A stretch of 64,000 nt of DNA from Longimicrobiales bacterium (lineage in GTDB: Bacteria > Gemmatimonadota > Gemmatimonadetes > Longimicrobiales > RSA9): positions 22,896 to 86,895 of the forward strand of contig JBOHRE010000002.1 of the NCBI GenBank assembly GCA_050732635.1. Reading direction: 5' to 3'. The notes under the pieces are model-generated. The model was not told where the DNA came from and did no database searches. It saw only the letters and a program-made list of their open reading frames with translations. The position numbers and the translations under genes were made by a program. This document shows, one piece after another, positions 1 to 9,507 of the stretch; position 1 is the first letter of the stretch; each line of letters opens with the position of its first letter.

Positions 1-421
1 GACGTGCGCCGAACGTCACGAGTCCCTGCAGCGTCAACCAGGGTTGAGCCAGGATCCAGCCAATGAGGCCGAGGGCAGCCAGGGTCGGGAGCCCGAGGGC
101 GGTGAGCACCACGGCCCAGCCCCGGCGGGTACGCGGCAGCAGTCGCTCAGCGAAGGCCGCCGCGCGGGCCGCGAAGGGCTTGCGAACGCGGACGCGGGCC
201 ATGACCCGATCAGCGAAGGATACCTCCGGTACCAGCTCGGGCAGCTCGGCGAGCGCGGCGAACAGAGATCGCCATTCCTCGACCATGGTGCGGCAGCGTA
301 CGCACTGCAGGAGATGCGACTCGACGACCGCCGCGTCGGCGGCATCGGCGTCCTCCGCGGCGAAGCCCTCCAGCTCTTCGGGGCTCGGGTGAAACAGGTT
401 GTCCACGGTCCAGTTCTCCAT
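1..421 (-). CDS. anti-sigma factor, zf-HC2 type, N-terminal part only (runs off the window edge)
   Basis: Absent from the ORF track because it is open at the edge. My translation from the ATG (reverse complement of 419-421) gives MENWTVDNLFHPSPEELEGF...ESHLLQCVRCRTMVEEW. This carries the H-x3-C-x2-C motif, followed by a TM-like WAVVLTALGLPTLAALGLIGWIL. It lies 45 nt downstream of the ECF sigma gene on the same strand. Confidence 0.7.
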   Translation of the reverse strand, partial: MENWTVDNLFHPSPEELEGFAAEDADAADAAVVESHLLQCVRCRTMVEEWRSLFAALAELPELVPEVSFADRVMARVRVRKPFAARAAAFAERLLPRTRRGWAVVLTALGLPTLAALGLIGWILAQPWLTLQGLVTFGAR

Positions 422-466
422 AGGTGTTACGCCAGCCGGCCGTACGGTACGGCGGCGGTCAGGGTT

Positions 467-1057
467 TCAGCACCTCAAGTGCTCGAGCGCCTCGCGTAAC
501 TCGAGCCGCGCTCGATGGATATACGTTTTCACGGTCCCCAGCGGGACTCCCATGATGTCGGCGATCTCGGCATACTCGCGTCCCTCCATGTGCCGCAGCA
601 GGATCGCGGTACGATACTCCTGGCGTAGCGTGCCGATGGCCGCCTCGATCTGGCCGCCGAGCTCCCGTTGTTCGACGAAATCGGCCGGGCTGGGCTCGTC
701 GGAGGCCACGACAGGCACATGCAATGCCGCCTCGGCATCGCTGGTCGCGTGCGGTGAGCCGTCCAGAGAGAGCGTTCGCAACTCCTTCTTGCGCAGGTCA
801 TCGAGCGCCGTGTTGTGGGCGATCTTGAAGATCCAGGAGCTGAACTTGAACTCCGGCTTGTAGCGGTCGATCGCGTTCAGGACCTTGATGAAGGTGTCCT
901 GCGCGAGATCCTCGGCCTTCTCCCGATCACGGACCAACCTGTAGATCAAGGAGAATACCGGTCGCTCGTACCGTCGGATCAATTCACGGTACGCTTTCTC
1001 GCTGCCGTTGCGGGCGCGAGCGACGACATCCTGGTCGGAGATCTGGGTCAGGTCCAC
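467..1057 (-). CDS. RNA polymerase ECF-type sigma-70 factor
   Basis: 196 aa. Region 2 (AEDLAQDTFIKV...FSSWIFKIAHNTALD) and region 4 HTH (REYAEIADIMGVPLGTVKTYIHRAR) are present. An anti-sigma gene follows. Confidence 0.9.
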   Translation of the reverse strand: MDLTQISDQDVVARARNGSEKAYRELIRRYERPVFSLIYRLVRDREKAEDLAQDTFIKVLNAIDRYKPEFKFSSWIFKIAHNTALDDLRKKELRTLSLDGSPHATSDAEAALHVPVVASDEPSPADFVEQRELGGQIEAAIGTLRQEYRTAILLRHMEGREYAEIADIMGVPLGTVKTYIHRARLELREALEHLRC

Positions 1058-1189
1058 GGAGCTCGTGGTGCACGCAAAGCCGATCGCCGGCGACGGTGCT
1101 CCTACGGAAACGTCGCCGCAGCGGTTTCACAAGTCCTGCCGCAGAGCGGGGTTGTAGGCCCTGCCGGGGCCGGCTAGCTTCGCCGCGCC

Positions 1190-1927
1190 ATGCCATCGAC
1201 GCGCCAAACCAGCGAGGCGCTCCCCAGCGGAGCGAACCAGGCCGACGCCGTACGTCGCATGTTCGGCGCGATTGCCGGCCGCTACGATCTCCTGAACCAT
1301 CTGCTCAGCCTGAACCAGGACCGGCGCTGGCGCAGGCGTGCCGTCGACCTGCTGTTGTCGCGCACCGAGCCGGCGGGCCGGTTTCTCGACGGTTGTGCGG
1401 GGACTCTGGACCTCGCGCTGGAGCTGGCCTCACGCCATTCGTTCAGGGGCGACATCGTGGCGTTCGACTTCGCCGCGCCGATGCTCCAGGCCGGGTCGGC
1501 AAAGCGGCGCGAGCGCCCGGTGCGACCCGTCTGCGCCGATGCGCTCGTGCTGCCGTTTCCGAACGCTTGCTTCGATGGCGCGACGGTCGGGTTCGGCATT
1601 CGCAACCTCGCGGACATCGACGCCGGGCTGGCCGAGCTCGCGCGCGTACTGCGGCCCGGAGCGCCGCTGGTCGTGCTCGAGTTCACCACGCCGGGCTGGG
1701 CGCCATTTCGCGCGCTCTACCTGTTCTATTTCCTGCGCGTCCTGCCCGCCATCGGTCGGTTGGTGTCGCGGCATCCGAGCGCGTACGCCTATCTGCCGGC
1801 GTCGGTGCTGCAGTTTCCCGCGCCTGCCGAGCTCGGCCAGCGCATGAGCGCCGTCGGATTCGGCGACATACGCTGGGAGACGTACTCCGGCGGCATCCTG
1901 GCGGCACATATCGGTACGCGCGCGTGA
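1190..1927 (+). CDS. ubiE: demethylmenaquinone/ubiquinone C-methyltransferase (UbiE/MenG family)
   Basis: 245 aa. VRRMFGAIAGRYDLLNHLLSLNQDRRWRR is the classic UbiE N-terminus. A SAM-binding DGCAGTLD motif is present. Confidence 0.9.
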   Translation: MPSTRQTSEALPSGANQADAVRRMFGAIAGRYDLLNHLLSLNQDRRWRRRAVDLLLSRTEPAGRFLDGCAGTLDLALELASRHSFRGDIVAFDFAAPMLQAGSAKRRERPVRPVCADALVLPFPNACFDGATVGFGIRNLADIDAGLAELARVLRPGAPLVVLEFTTPGWAPFRALYLFYFLRVLPAIGRLVSRHPSAYAYLPASVLQFPAPAELGQRMSAVGFGDIRWETYSGGILAAHIGTRA

Positions 1928-1954
1928 GTCCAGACTCCTGAGTGAGGTGGATCG

Positions 1955-3310
1955 ATGCACAAGATGATGTTCATGCTTCTGGCCATACAGCTGCTTCCGT
2001 CGCCGGGTGTGGCCCAGGACCACCCGTTCGGCACGCTTCGCGAGCAGGCCGCGCTGCGCCAGGAATGGCTGGCACTGCGTCTCGAGCAGGTCCTGCCTCG
2101 GCTGATGCGCGTGCACGAGGTCGATCTGTGGCTTCTGCCCATGCGCGAGTACAACGAGGATCCAGTCTTCTGGTCGATCGTGAGTCCCACGACAATGGCG
2201 GCGCGGCGGCGCACGATTTACGCGTTCTGCGATCGCGGCGGCGATGCAAGTCTGCAGCGTGTTGCGATCGGCGGCACCTCGCAGGGCGGCCTGTACGAGG
2301 TGGTGCGTGACCCGGGCGCGGCGGTCGGCGTCGCCGGGGCGGAGCAGCGACTGGCGGAGCCGTTCGGTCCGGAGCAGTGGAAGCTGCTCGGCCCCGTCGT
2401 CGAGGCATGCGACCCGGATCGGATCGCGGTCAACATCTCGCATACGCACGCCTTCGCGGACGGCCTCAGCGCGGGCGAATGGGAACAGCTCGCGGATGCA
2501 CTCCCCGAGCGCTACCGCGACCGTGTGGTGCGCGAAGAGCTGCTCGCCGTCGAGTTCATCGAAGAGCGGCTGCCGGAAATGTTGCCGACCTACCGAGCCA
2601 TGCAGGAATGGGTGCATGTCACGATCGCAACGGCGTTTTCAAGCGCGGTGATCACGCCCGGCGCGACGACAACCGACGACGTCGTCTGGTGGCTGCGTCA
2701 GCGCGTCAACGACGGCGGGCTCGGAACCTGGTTCCAGCCTTCGGTATCGGTGCAACGCCGGGGTGTGCAGATGTCGGATTCGGCGAACCCCGTAATTCTG
2801 CGTGGCGACGTGCTGCACACGGACTTCGGGATCAGCGCGCTCGGGCTGAATACGGACACGCAGCACATGGGTTACGTGTTGCAGGACGGGGAAGCCGAGC
2901 CGCCTGCTGGTCTTCGAGCTGCGCTACGAACCGCGAACCGACTGCAGGACATCACGCTCGAGACGATGCAGCCCGGGCGCACGGGCAACGAAGCCCTGGC
3001 GGCGGCGCGGGCGAGCATGGAGGCCGAGGGCATCGATGGCACCATCTACACCCATCCCATCGGCGACCACGGGCACGGGGCGGGTCCGCTGATCGGCCTG
3101 TGGGATCGGCAGCAGAGCGTCGCCGGGCGCGGGGATGTTCGGATCCGACCGAACACGTGGTTCTCCATCGAGCTTCAGGCCACTGCCCGCGTTCCGGAAT
3201 GGACGGACCAGCCGGTGCGTATGGCGCTCGAGGAGGAGGCGTATCTCGACGCCAATGGGGTGCGTCGTTGGGTGCTGCGTCGCCAGGAGCAGTTGCACCT
3301 CATCCGCTGA
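1955..3310 (+). CDS. M24-family metallopeptidase (Xaa-Pro aminopeptidase-like), secreted
   Basis: 451 aa. Signal-like MHKMMFMLLAIQLLPSPGVAQ. Pita-bread metal ligand pattern: HTDFG..NTDTQH, THPIGDHGHG, FSIELQ, ALEEE. Confidence 0.75.
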   Translation: MHKMMFMLLAIQLLPSPGVAQDHPFGTLREQAALRQEWLALRLEQVLPRLMRVHEVDLWLLPMREYNEDPVFWSIVSPTTMAARRRTIYAFCDRGGDASLQRVAIGGTSQGGLYEVVRDPGAAVGVAGAEQRLAEPFGPEQWKLLGPVVEACDPDRIAVNISHTHAFADGLSAGEWEQLADALPERYRDRVVREELLAVEFIEERLPEMLPTYRAMQEWVHVTIATAFSSAVITPGATTTDDVVWWLRQRVNDGGLGTWFQPSVSVQRRGVQMSDSANPVILRGDVLHTDFGISALGLNTDTQHMGYVLQDGEAEPPAGLRAALRTANRLQDITLETMQPGRTGNEALAAARASMEAEGIDGTIYTHPIGDHGHGAGPLIGLWDRQQSVAGRGDVRIRPNTWFSIELQATARVPEWTDQPVRMALEEEAYLDANGVRRWVLRRQEQLHLIR

Positions 3311-3362
3311 TCACGCTGCGGCTTGGATGTTGCACCGGACGCGCCGCCAAAGGAGGCGCCGT

Positions 3363-3803
3363 ATGACAACAGCGAGGGTTCTCGCCGCGTTCGTTCTGGC
3401 ACCGGCACTCGCGCTCGGCGGTTGCGGCGACGCGGACAACGGGCCCGAGCAACAAGACGAGCTGAACGAGTTCGGCGCCGACACTCTCGAGGCCGCGCCG
3501 GCGGCGGCGGCACCGGGCGACACCGTCGACGTGGTGCTGACCGAGTGGTCGATCGAGATGACCACCGACTCGGTTCGTCCGGGCACGGTGGCGTTTCGCG
3601 TTCGCAACGATGGCGAGTACACGCACGCCTTCGAGGTGGAGGGCGGCGGTGCGGAATGGGAGACCGAGAACCTGGCTCCTGGCCAGACGGAAGTGCTGAC
3701 GACGGAGCTGAGTGCGGGCGATTACGAGGTGTATTGTCCGGTAGAAGATGATCACGGCCCGCACGACGACCTCGGCATGCGCGATAGTCTGGCAGTGCGC
3801 TGA
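3363..3803 (+). CDS. cupredoxin-like lipoprotein (putative type-1 copper site)
   Basis: Internal ATG of ORF 3135..3803. Lipobox LALGGC. Candidate Cu ligands: YTHAFEV plus YCPVEDDHGPHDDLGM (C..H..M). Confidence 0.65.
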   Translation: MTTARVLAAFVLAPALALGGCGDADNGPEQQDELNEFGADTLEAAPAAAAPGDTVDVVLTEWSIEMTTDSVRPGTVAFRVRNDGEYTHAFEVEGGGAEWETENLAPGQTEVLTTELSAGDYEVYCPVEDDHGPHDDLGMRDSLAVR

Positions 3804-3866
3804 TGCGGACTGCGGCGTCCGGCTGCGCGTCGGCTGCTGCCCGCGGGCGACGCCGCCCGTCCTGCT

Positions 3867-4859
3867 TCAGCTCGGAATCGACTGCCGGCGATAGCCTTCC
3901 GCGACGCCGGCAACGACCAGACTCAGCCCCACCCAGCCGTAGATGGTCAGAGCCTGACCGAAAAGCACCAGGGCGAGCACTGCCGCGACCACCGGCTCTG
4001 CGGTGGCGGCGATCGAAGCCGGCGCCGCGTCGATTCGCCGCAAGCCGGCGAAGAACAGAAAGTTCGCGATGACGGTGCCGAAGCCCAATGCTGCGATGTA
4101 CGACCACGCGGCAGCGGTGACGGGCGGGGTCGGCGCATGGCCGGCCAATGGAAGCACGATCGCCAGGAACCCCACCCCACCGGCAAGTGCAAGGAACAGC
4201 ACCTTGACCATACCGTAGCGCGGCACCGCCCAGCGTGCGAGCAGCGTCTGGCTCGCCCAGGCAGCGGCGGACAGCACGCCGCCGATGACGCCGACGCGGG
4301 TGACGGTGACGGCGGCGCCGTGTGCGCCCATCACGGTCAGCGCGGCACCGAGCGTCACGACCACGGCGATCAGCAGCCGTGCCACCGTCAGGCGCTCGCC
4401 GAGCAGCGGCCGCGCGAGGAGCGTGACCAGCACGGGCGCGAGATACAGGAGTGCGACTGCCGACGCTACGCCGGTCTGGGCAATTGCGAACTGGTATGCG
4501 ACCTCGAAGAGCGCGACGAAGGCGCCACCCGCACCACCGACGAGCACGACACCTCGTCGATCCACGCGCAGCAACCCCGGCCTGAAGGTCGCGTACAGCA
4601 GGAACCCCGCGGTCGCGACAGCGATGCGCCAGAAGCCCACGTCGGTGACGGCTGCGCCCTCGGCATAGAGCGCCGTGCTCAGGGGGCCCGTCGTGCCCCA
4701 GAGCGCGCCGGCTGCCATGGCCAGGAGGTAGCCGGCAGCGCGGCCACGCAGGAGCGGTCGCGCACGGGCGCTCGCCGAGGCTGTGTCCATGGCTCCGGAG
4801 TGCGACAATGGCCAGCTCGAGGAGGGCGAAGCATAGAGCGGCTCGGCCGCCAGGGTCAA
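3867..4859 (-). CDS. EamA/DMT-family transporter
   Basis: 330 aa, about 10 hydrophobic helices, Gly/Ala-rich duplicated EamA-like halves. An alternative start at 4790 (MDTASAS) is possible. Confidence 0.8.
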   Translation of the reverse strand: MTLAAEPLYASPSSSWPLSHSGAMDTASASARARPLLRGRAAGYLLAMAAGALWGTTGPLSTALYAEGAAVTDVGFWRIAVATAGFLLYATFRPGLLRVDRRGVVLVGGAGGAFVALFEVAYQFAIAQTGVASAVALLYLAPVLVTLLARPLLGERLTVARLLIAVVVTLGAALTVMGAHGAAVTVTRVGVIGGVLSAAAWASQTLLARWAVPRYGMVKVLFLALAGGVGFLAIVLPLAGHAPTPPVTAAAWSYIAALGFGTVIANFLFFAGLRRIDAAPASIAATAEPVVAAVLALVLFGQALTIYGWVGLSLVVAGVAEGYRRQSIPS

Positions 4860-4922
4860 CGGATCCGTTGCGGCGGTGAGCGCGCGACGCCATCCTTTCG
4901 CGCTCCCGTTTCCCGAGCCGCT

Positions 4923-5885
4923 GTGCAGTCGATCGCGCGCCCCACTTCATACGATGCCGCTACGCCCGCTATCTCCTGTCGCGGGCTGATCAAGCGTTAC
5001 GGTGATGTGCTAGCCGTCGACCGCCTCGATCTCGAGGTGCGTCGCGGCGAGTGCTTCGGGCTGCTCGGCCCGAACGGAGCCGGCAAGACGACGACCGTCG
5101 AGATTCTGGAAGGCTTGCTCGAACCGGACGCCGGCGACGTGCGCGTGCTGGGGCTCGACTGGCGACGCGCTGCCGGCGAGCTGCGGCGACGCATTGGCGT
5201 GCAGCTGCAGGAGACGCGGCTGCCGGAAAAGCTGACCGTTGCCGAAACGCTGCGGCTCTTCGCCAGCTTCTATGGCGGGCAGCGTTCGGTCGAGGAGCTA
5301 CTGGGCACCGTGCAGCTCGGCGACAAGCGGGACGCGCGCGTCAGCCGCCTGTCCGGCGGCCAGCGTCAACGGCTCGCCGTGGCCTGCGGCCTGGTCGGAG
5401 ATCCCGACATATTCTTCCTCGACGAACCAACGACGGGGCTGGACCCGCAGTCCCGCCGCTCCCTCTGGGAGCTGCTCGACGGCTACCGGGCGAGCGGCCG
5501 CACCGTGCTGCTCACCACGCACTACATGGAAGAGGCGACGCGGCTCTGCGATCGCGTCGCGATCATCGACCACGGTCGCACGATCGCGCTCGGCACGCCC
5601 AGCGAGCTGATCGCCGGGCTCGGCGCCGACCACGTCGTCGAGCTGACGCTGGCCGATCATGCGACGGCTGTCACGATCGATCTCGGCGCGCTGCCGGGCG
5701 TGCGCAGCGTTCAGCGTCGCGAGGCGACGGTCGCGCTGACCGTGACCGAGCTGCATACCTCCGTGCCGCTGCTGTTGGACCAGCTGGCGCAGCACGGCGT
5801 CGCACTCACCGGTCTGTCCACGCACCACGCGACCCTCGAAGACGTCTTCGTGGCTCTCACGGGCAGGGCGCTGCGTGAAGAATAG
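4923..5885 (+). CDS. ABC transporter ATP-binding protein (ABC-2/DrrA-like)
   Basis: Walker A GPNGAGKTT, signature LSGGQRQR, Walker B FFLDEPTTGLD. The GTG at 4923 was chosen because the upstream part of ORF 4137..5885 is antisense to the EamA gene. Confidence 0.85.
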   Translation: MQSIARPTSYDAATPAISCRGLIKRYGDVLAVDRLDLEVRRGECFGLLGPNGAGKTTTVEILEGLLEPDAGDVRVLGLDWRRAAGELRRRIGVQLQETRLPEKLTVAETLRLFASFYGGQRSVEELLGTVQLGDKRDARVSRLSGGQRQRLAVACGLVGDPDIFFLDEPTTGLDPQSRRSLWELLDGYRASGRTVLLTTHYMEEATRLCDRVAIIDHGRTIALGTPSELIAGLGADHVVELTLADHATAVTIDLGALPGVRSVQRREATVALTVTELHTSVPLLLDQLAQHGVALTGLSTHHATLEDVFVALTGRALREE

Positions 5886-6930
5886 ACTGGATCGCTCGTC
5901 GCTCACGCAGCTGACCCTCATGCGCGTTCGTGAGTTCGCGCGAGAGCCGGAGGCCGTGTTCTGGACGTTCTTCTTCCCCGTCGTCATGGCACTGGCGCTG
6001 GGTGTCGCGTTCCGCAACCGCGGTCCGGCGCCCGTGAGCGTGGGCGTGGTCGCAAGCGGCGTCGCGGCGTTGCCCGACTCGGTGGTGGCTGCCATGGAGG
6101 CGGCGCCAGCGCTGCGCGTGCGGCGCCTCTTGGCCGGCGAGGCCGAGCGCGAGCTGGCGCGCGGCGACGTCGCACTCGTCGTGCTCGCGGAGGGCTCGGG
6201 TTACACGTACCGCTACGATCGGGCGCGTGAGGAGAGTCGCCTCGCGCGGCTGCTCGCCGATGATGTGCTGCAGCGCGAGGCGGGGCGGGTGGATCCGCTA
6301 CGAGTCCGCGAGCGGCCGGTCGAGGAGCGCGGCTCACGCTACATCGACTTCCTGATCCCGGGCCTCATTGGCCTCAACCTGTTGAGCACCGGCCTATGGG
6401 GCGTCGGCTATACGGTCGTTCGCCTGCGCAGCGGGCAGCTGCTGAAGCGCTTCATGGCAACGCCGATGCGGCGCACCGAGTTCCTGCTGTCCTTCGTGCT
6501 CGGTCGACTGGTGTTTCTCGGCCTCGAGCTGGCGGTGCTGCTCGGCTTCGCATGGCTCGCGTTCGATGTCGCCAGCCGCGGTTCACTGCTCGCCGTGCTC
6601 GTGATCTGCGTGCTCGGGGCGTTCTCGTTTACGGCGTTCGGTCTGCTCGTCTCCAGCCGCGCACGCACCACCGAGGCGGTCAGCGGACTGATGAATCTTG
6701 CCGCCGTACCGATGTGGATCCTGTCGGGCGTCTTCTTTTCCGCGGACAACTTTCCGGACGCCATGCAACCGTTCATTCAGGCGTTGCCGCTGACCGCATT
6801 CCTCAATGCACTGCGCGCCGTGATGCTCGAAGGCCAGGCGCTGAGCGGGACCGGTGCGTGGCTAGCGCTGGTGATCGGCTGGGGTGTCGCGACCGGTGCG
6901 GCCGCGTTGGCGATATTCCGGTGGCGCTGA
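5875..6930 (+). CDS. ABC-2 type transporter permease
   Basis: 351 aa. It has an N-terminal TM, a loop, then 5 TM helices. It overlaps the ATPase gene by 11 nt. Confidence 0.85.
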   Translation: MKNRLDRSSLTQLTLMRVREFAREPEAVFWTFFFPVVMALALGVAFRNRGPAPVSVGVVASGVAALPDSVVAAMEAAPALRVRRLLAGEAERELARGDVALVVLAEGSGYTYRYDRAREESRLARLLADDVLQREAGRVDPLRVRERPVEERGSRYIDFLIPGLIGLNLLSTGLWGVGYTVVRLRSGQLLKRFMATPMRRTEFLLSFVLGRLVFLGLELAVLLGFAWLAFDVASRGSLLAVLVICVLGAFSFTAFGLLVSSRARTTEAVSGLMNLAAVPMWILSGVFFSADNFPDAMQPFIQALPLTAFLNALRAVMLEGQALSGTGAWLALVIGWGVATGAAALAIFRWR

Positions 6931-6985
6931 GATCGGGACGCCGACGGTTTGGCCGAGCGCAGAGCGCCCGCTACATTCTCGCGCG

Positions 6986-8464
6986 ATGCCAGCCAAAGAC
7001 CTGAGCGAATTCATTGCGGTGCTGGATCGGGCCGGCGAGCTCGTGCGCATTGCCGAGCCGCTTTCCGTTCAGCTGGAGATCACGGAGGTCGCGGATCGGA
7101 CGATGAAGCGGCCGGCTGGCGGGCCGGCGCTGCTATTCGAGCGCCCGCTGCTGGCGGACGGCGGGATCTCGGAGATTCCGCTTGCAATCAATCTGTTTGG
7201 CTCATGGCGCCGCATGGCGTTGGCGCTGGGCGTCGCGGATGTGCGCGAGCACGCGGCGCGTATCGCGGCGCTCTTGCAGCCGGACGTCCCGGCGGGCTTC
7301 TGGGCCAAGGTGCAGGCGCTACCGAAGTTCGCCGAGCTGGCGAAGGTGCCGCCGCGAGCCTACAAGGGACGCCCGCCCTGCCAGGAGGTCGCGTGGGATG
7401 GACCGGATGCGGACCTGGGCCGGCTGCCGATCATGACGTCGTGGCCGGACGATGCGGGACCGTTCATCACGATGCCGATGGTGATCACCAAGGATCCGGA
7501 AAACGGCGTGCAGAATGTCGGCTGCTACCGGATGCAGGTGACCGGCCCGCAGACCGCGTTCATGCACTGGCAGCGGCACAAGGGCGGCGCGGCGCATTAC
7601 CGGCGTTATCGGGAGCTGGGCATCCGACGCATGCCAGTGGCGGTCGCGATCGGCGCGGATCCGGCCACCATGTACACCCCGACTGCACCGCTGCCGCCCG
7701 GCATCGACGAATATCTGTTCAGCGGCTTTCTGCGCCGCGAGCCGCTCCTGATCACCGAGGCCACCACCTCCGACCTTCGCCTGCCGGCGGAGTCGGAGCT
7801 GGTTGTCGAAGGCTACGTCGACACCGAGGAGCCCAAGGGTCTGGAAGGGCCGTTCGGTGACCACACAGGGTTCTATACGCCAGCAGACGCGTTCCCTTAC
7901 TTCCACGTCGAGCGCATCACCATGCGCCGCGAGCCGACCTACGTGTCGACCATTGTCGGCCGTCCGCCCATGGAGGATTTCTATCTCGGTGGCGCGACCG
8001 AACGTATCTTTCTGCCCCTGCTACGCCTGACGCTGCCCGAGGTGGTCGACTACCATATGCCCGCGGAGGGAATCTTCCACAACCTGGTGTTCGTCAGCAT
8101 CCGCAAGGAGTATCCGGGCCATGCCTACAAGGTGATGAACGGACTGTGGGGACAGGGTCTGATGAGCCTGGCCAAGGTCATCGTGGTGGTGGACGGCGAC
8201 GTCGACGTGCACAACGCCGCGGAGGTGTGGTGGTACGCGCTGAACAACATTGATCCGGAGCGGGACATCCGCTTCAGCATGGGCCCGATCGACGATCTCG
8301 ATCATGCTGCCCGGGGTCCGGCCTTCGGCTCGAAGATGGGCATTGATGGGACGCGGAAGTTGCCCGAGGAGGGGCATGGGCGGCCGTGGCCGGACGTGAT
8401 ACGAATGGATCCTGCGGTGGTGGCGAAGGTTGATGGCGTGTGGAAGCGGTTGGGGATCGAATGA
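6986..8464 (+). CDS. UbiD-family (prenyl-FMN dependent) decarboxylase, menaquinone-type
   Basis: Starts at ATG 6986 (MPAKDLSEFIAVLDRAGELVRI). UbiD hallmarks: NVGCYRMQV, GPFGDHTGFY, IVGRPPMED. Confidence 0.9.
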   Translation: MPAKDLSEFIAVLDRAGELVRIAEPLSVQLEITEVADRTMKRPAGGPALLFERPLLADGGISEIPLAINLFGSWRRMALALGVADVREHAARIAALLQPDVPAGFWAKVQALPKFAELAKVPPRAYKGRPPCQEVAWDGPDADLGRLPIMTSWPDDAGPFITMPMVITKDPENGVQNVGCYRMQVTGPQTAFMHWQRHKGGAAHYRRYRELGIRRMPVAVAIGADPATMYTPTAPLPPGIDEYLFSGFLRREPLLITEATTSDLRLPAESELVVEGYVDTEEPKGLEGPFGDHTGFYTPADAFPYFHVERITMRREPTYVSTIVGRPPMEDFYLGGATERIFLPLLRLTLPEVVDYHMPAEGIFHNLVFVSIRKEYPGHAYKVMNGLWGQGLMSLAKVIVVVDGDVDVHNAAEVWWYALNNIDPERDIRFSMGPIDDLDHAARGPAFGSKMGIDGTRKLPEEGHGRPWPDVIRMDPAVVAKVDGVWKRLGIE

Positions 8465-8470
8465 GAGGCA

Positions 8471-8530
8471 GTGGTGGTGGAGGTGTAAGGGATGAGAGCA
8501 AGGGTAAGTGTAAGGGTAAGTGTAAGTGTA
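8471..8530 (+). repeat. C-depleted GT/GA-rich microsatellite: (GTG)3 then (GTAAGK)4
   Basis: gtggtggtgg at 8471-8480. Contiguous gtaagt/gtaagg hexamers at 8504-8527, also readable as AAGGGTAAGTGT x2 + AAGTGT. Only 2 C in 8465-8530. Confidence 0.85.
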
Positions 8531-8562
8531 CGCGCGACGCTTGAACGGTTGATGGAGGGCGC

Positions 8563-9507
8563 TTGCGGGGGGGTTCGGTAGCCGGGCATAGAGAACCGCA
8601 GACGTTTGGCGGCGATTCGCTGTGGGCGAGATATGCGTCGTTGGTCAGGCTGCCACACACGCTGTTCGCGCTGCCGTTCGCCGGGGTGGGTGTGGTCCTC
8701 GGTACGCGCGCGGCCCCCGGTCGCTTCGGTTGGTGGGTGGTTGTGTGGGTCGTTATCGGCTTCACGGCGGCGCGGTTCGCGGCCATGGCATTCAATCGGA
8801 TCGTGGACCGAAGCTATGACGCACTGAACCCACGCACTGCGGGTCGTGAGATCCCGAGTGGCCGGCTGACGGCGGGGCAGGCGGCGGTTTCGGTCGCGAT
8901 CGCCTCGGCCGTGTTCATCGCGGCTGCCTGGCAGCTCAATCCGCTCTGCGGACTGCTGGCTCCCATCGCGCTGGCGTGGGTGCTGCTCTATTCCTACACG
9001 AAGCGATTCACCAGCCTCGCCCACCTCGTGCTGGGGCTGGGGCTGGGCATCGCTCCGGTGGGCGGCTATCTCGCCGTCACAGGGGCGTGGAGCGAGCCAT
9101 GGTTCGCTCTCGTCCTGCTCGCGTTCGCCGTCATGCTCTGGGTCGCCGGCTTCGACGTCATCTACTCTCTGCAGGACGTGCCGTTCGACCGCGTTCAGGG
9201 GCTGCATTCGATTCCGGCACGCGTCGGCATCGCCTGGGCGTTGCGAATCGCGCGCCTCTTCCACGCCCTGGCGGTGGTCCTGCTCGGCACGCTTTGGGTG
9301 CTCGGCTGGCTGGATCTCGGTTGGCTGTTCCTCGCCGCGGTGGCGCTGATGGCGGCAACGCTGCACCTCGGACACACCCACGTCGGCTCGCCCACCGCGT
9401 CGGATCTGGACATCGCGCGCATCGATCGGGCGTTCTTCCGTACCAACGTGATCGTGTCGAGCAGCTTCTTCGCCCTGACGCTCCTCGACCGCTTGCTGAT
9501 CGGATGA
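8563..9507 (+). CDS. UbiA-family aromatic prenyltransferase
   Basis: 314 aa, multi-TM. Contains NRIVDRSYD (the first Asp-rich UbiA motif) and a second YSLQD motif. TTG start preceded by GGAGG at 8554-8558. Confidence 0.85.
   Translation: MRGGSVAGHREPQTFGGDSLWARYASLVRLPHTLFALPFAGVGVVLGTRAAPGRFGWWVVVWVVIGFTAARFAAMAFNRIVDRSYDALNPRTAGREIPSGRLTAGQAAVSVAIASAVFIAAAWQLNPLCGLLAPIALAWVLLYSYTKRFTSLAHLVLGLGLGIAPVGGYLAVTGAWSEPWFALVLLAFAVMLWVAGFDVIYSLQDVPFDRVQGLHSIPARVGIAWALRIARLFHALAVVLLGTLWVLGWLDLGWLFLAAVALMAATLHLGHTHVGSPTASDLDIARIDRAFFRTNVIVSSSFFALTLLDRLLIG

Noticed and set aside
3175-4950. 591-aa ORF on the minus strand
   Set aside because: It is extremely Arg/Pro/Ala/Gly-rich with no motifs. It lies antisense to or overlapping well-supported genes (cupredoxin, EamA frame, ABC start). 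This is a typical shadow ORF of a high-GC genome.
8504-8530. Short tandem repeats considered as a CRISPR array or mobile element remnant
   Set aside because: The unit is only 6-12 nt with no spacers and no cas genes. It is a microsatellite.
8552-8573. ATG at 8552 as an alternative ubiA start that would come into frame if the G7 tract (8567-8573) were G8; possible phase variation
   Set aside because: As sequenced, the ATG frame hits TAG after 9 codons. The TTG at 8563 has a good GGAGG 4 nt upstream. G7 runs are not rare at this GC content (another sits at 10104-10110). A homopolymer sequencing error cannot be excluded but is not needed.
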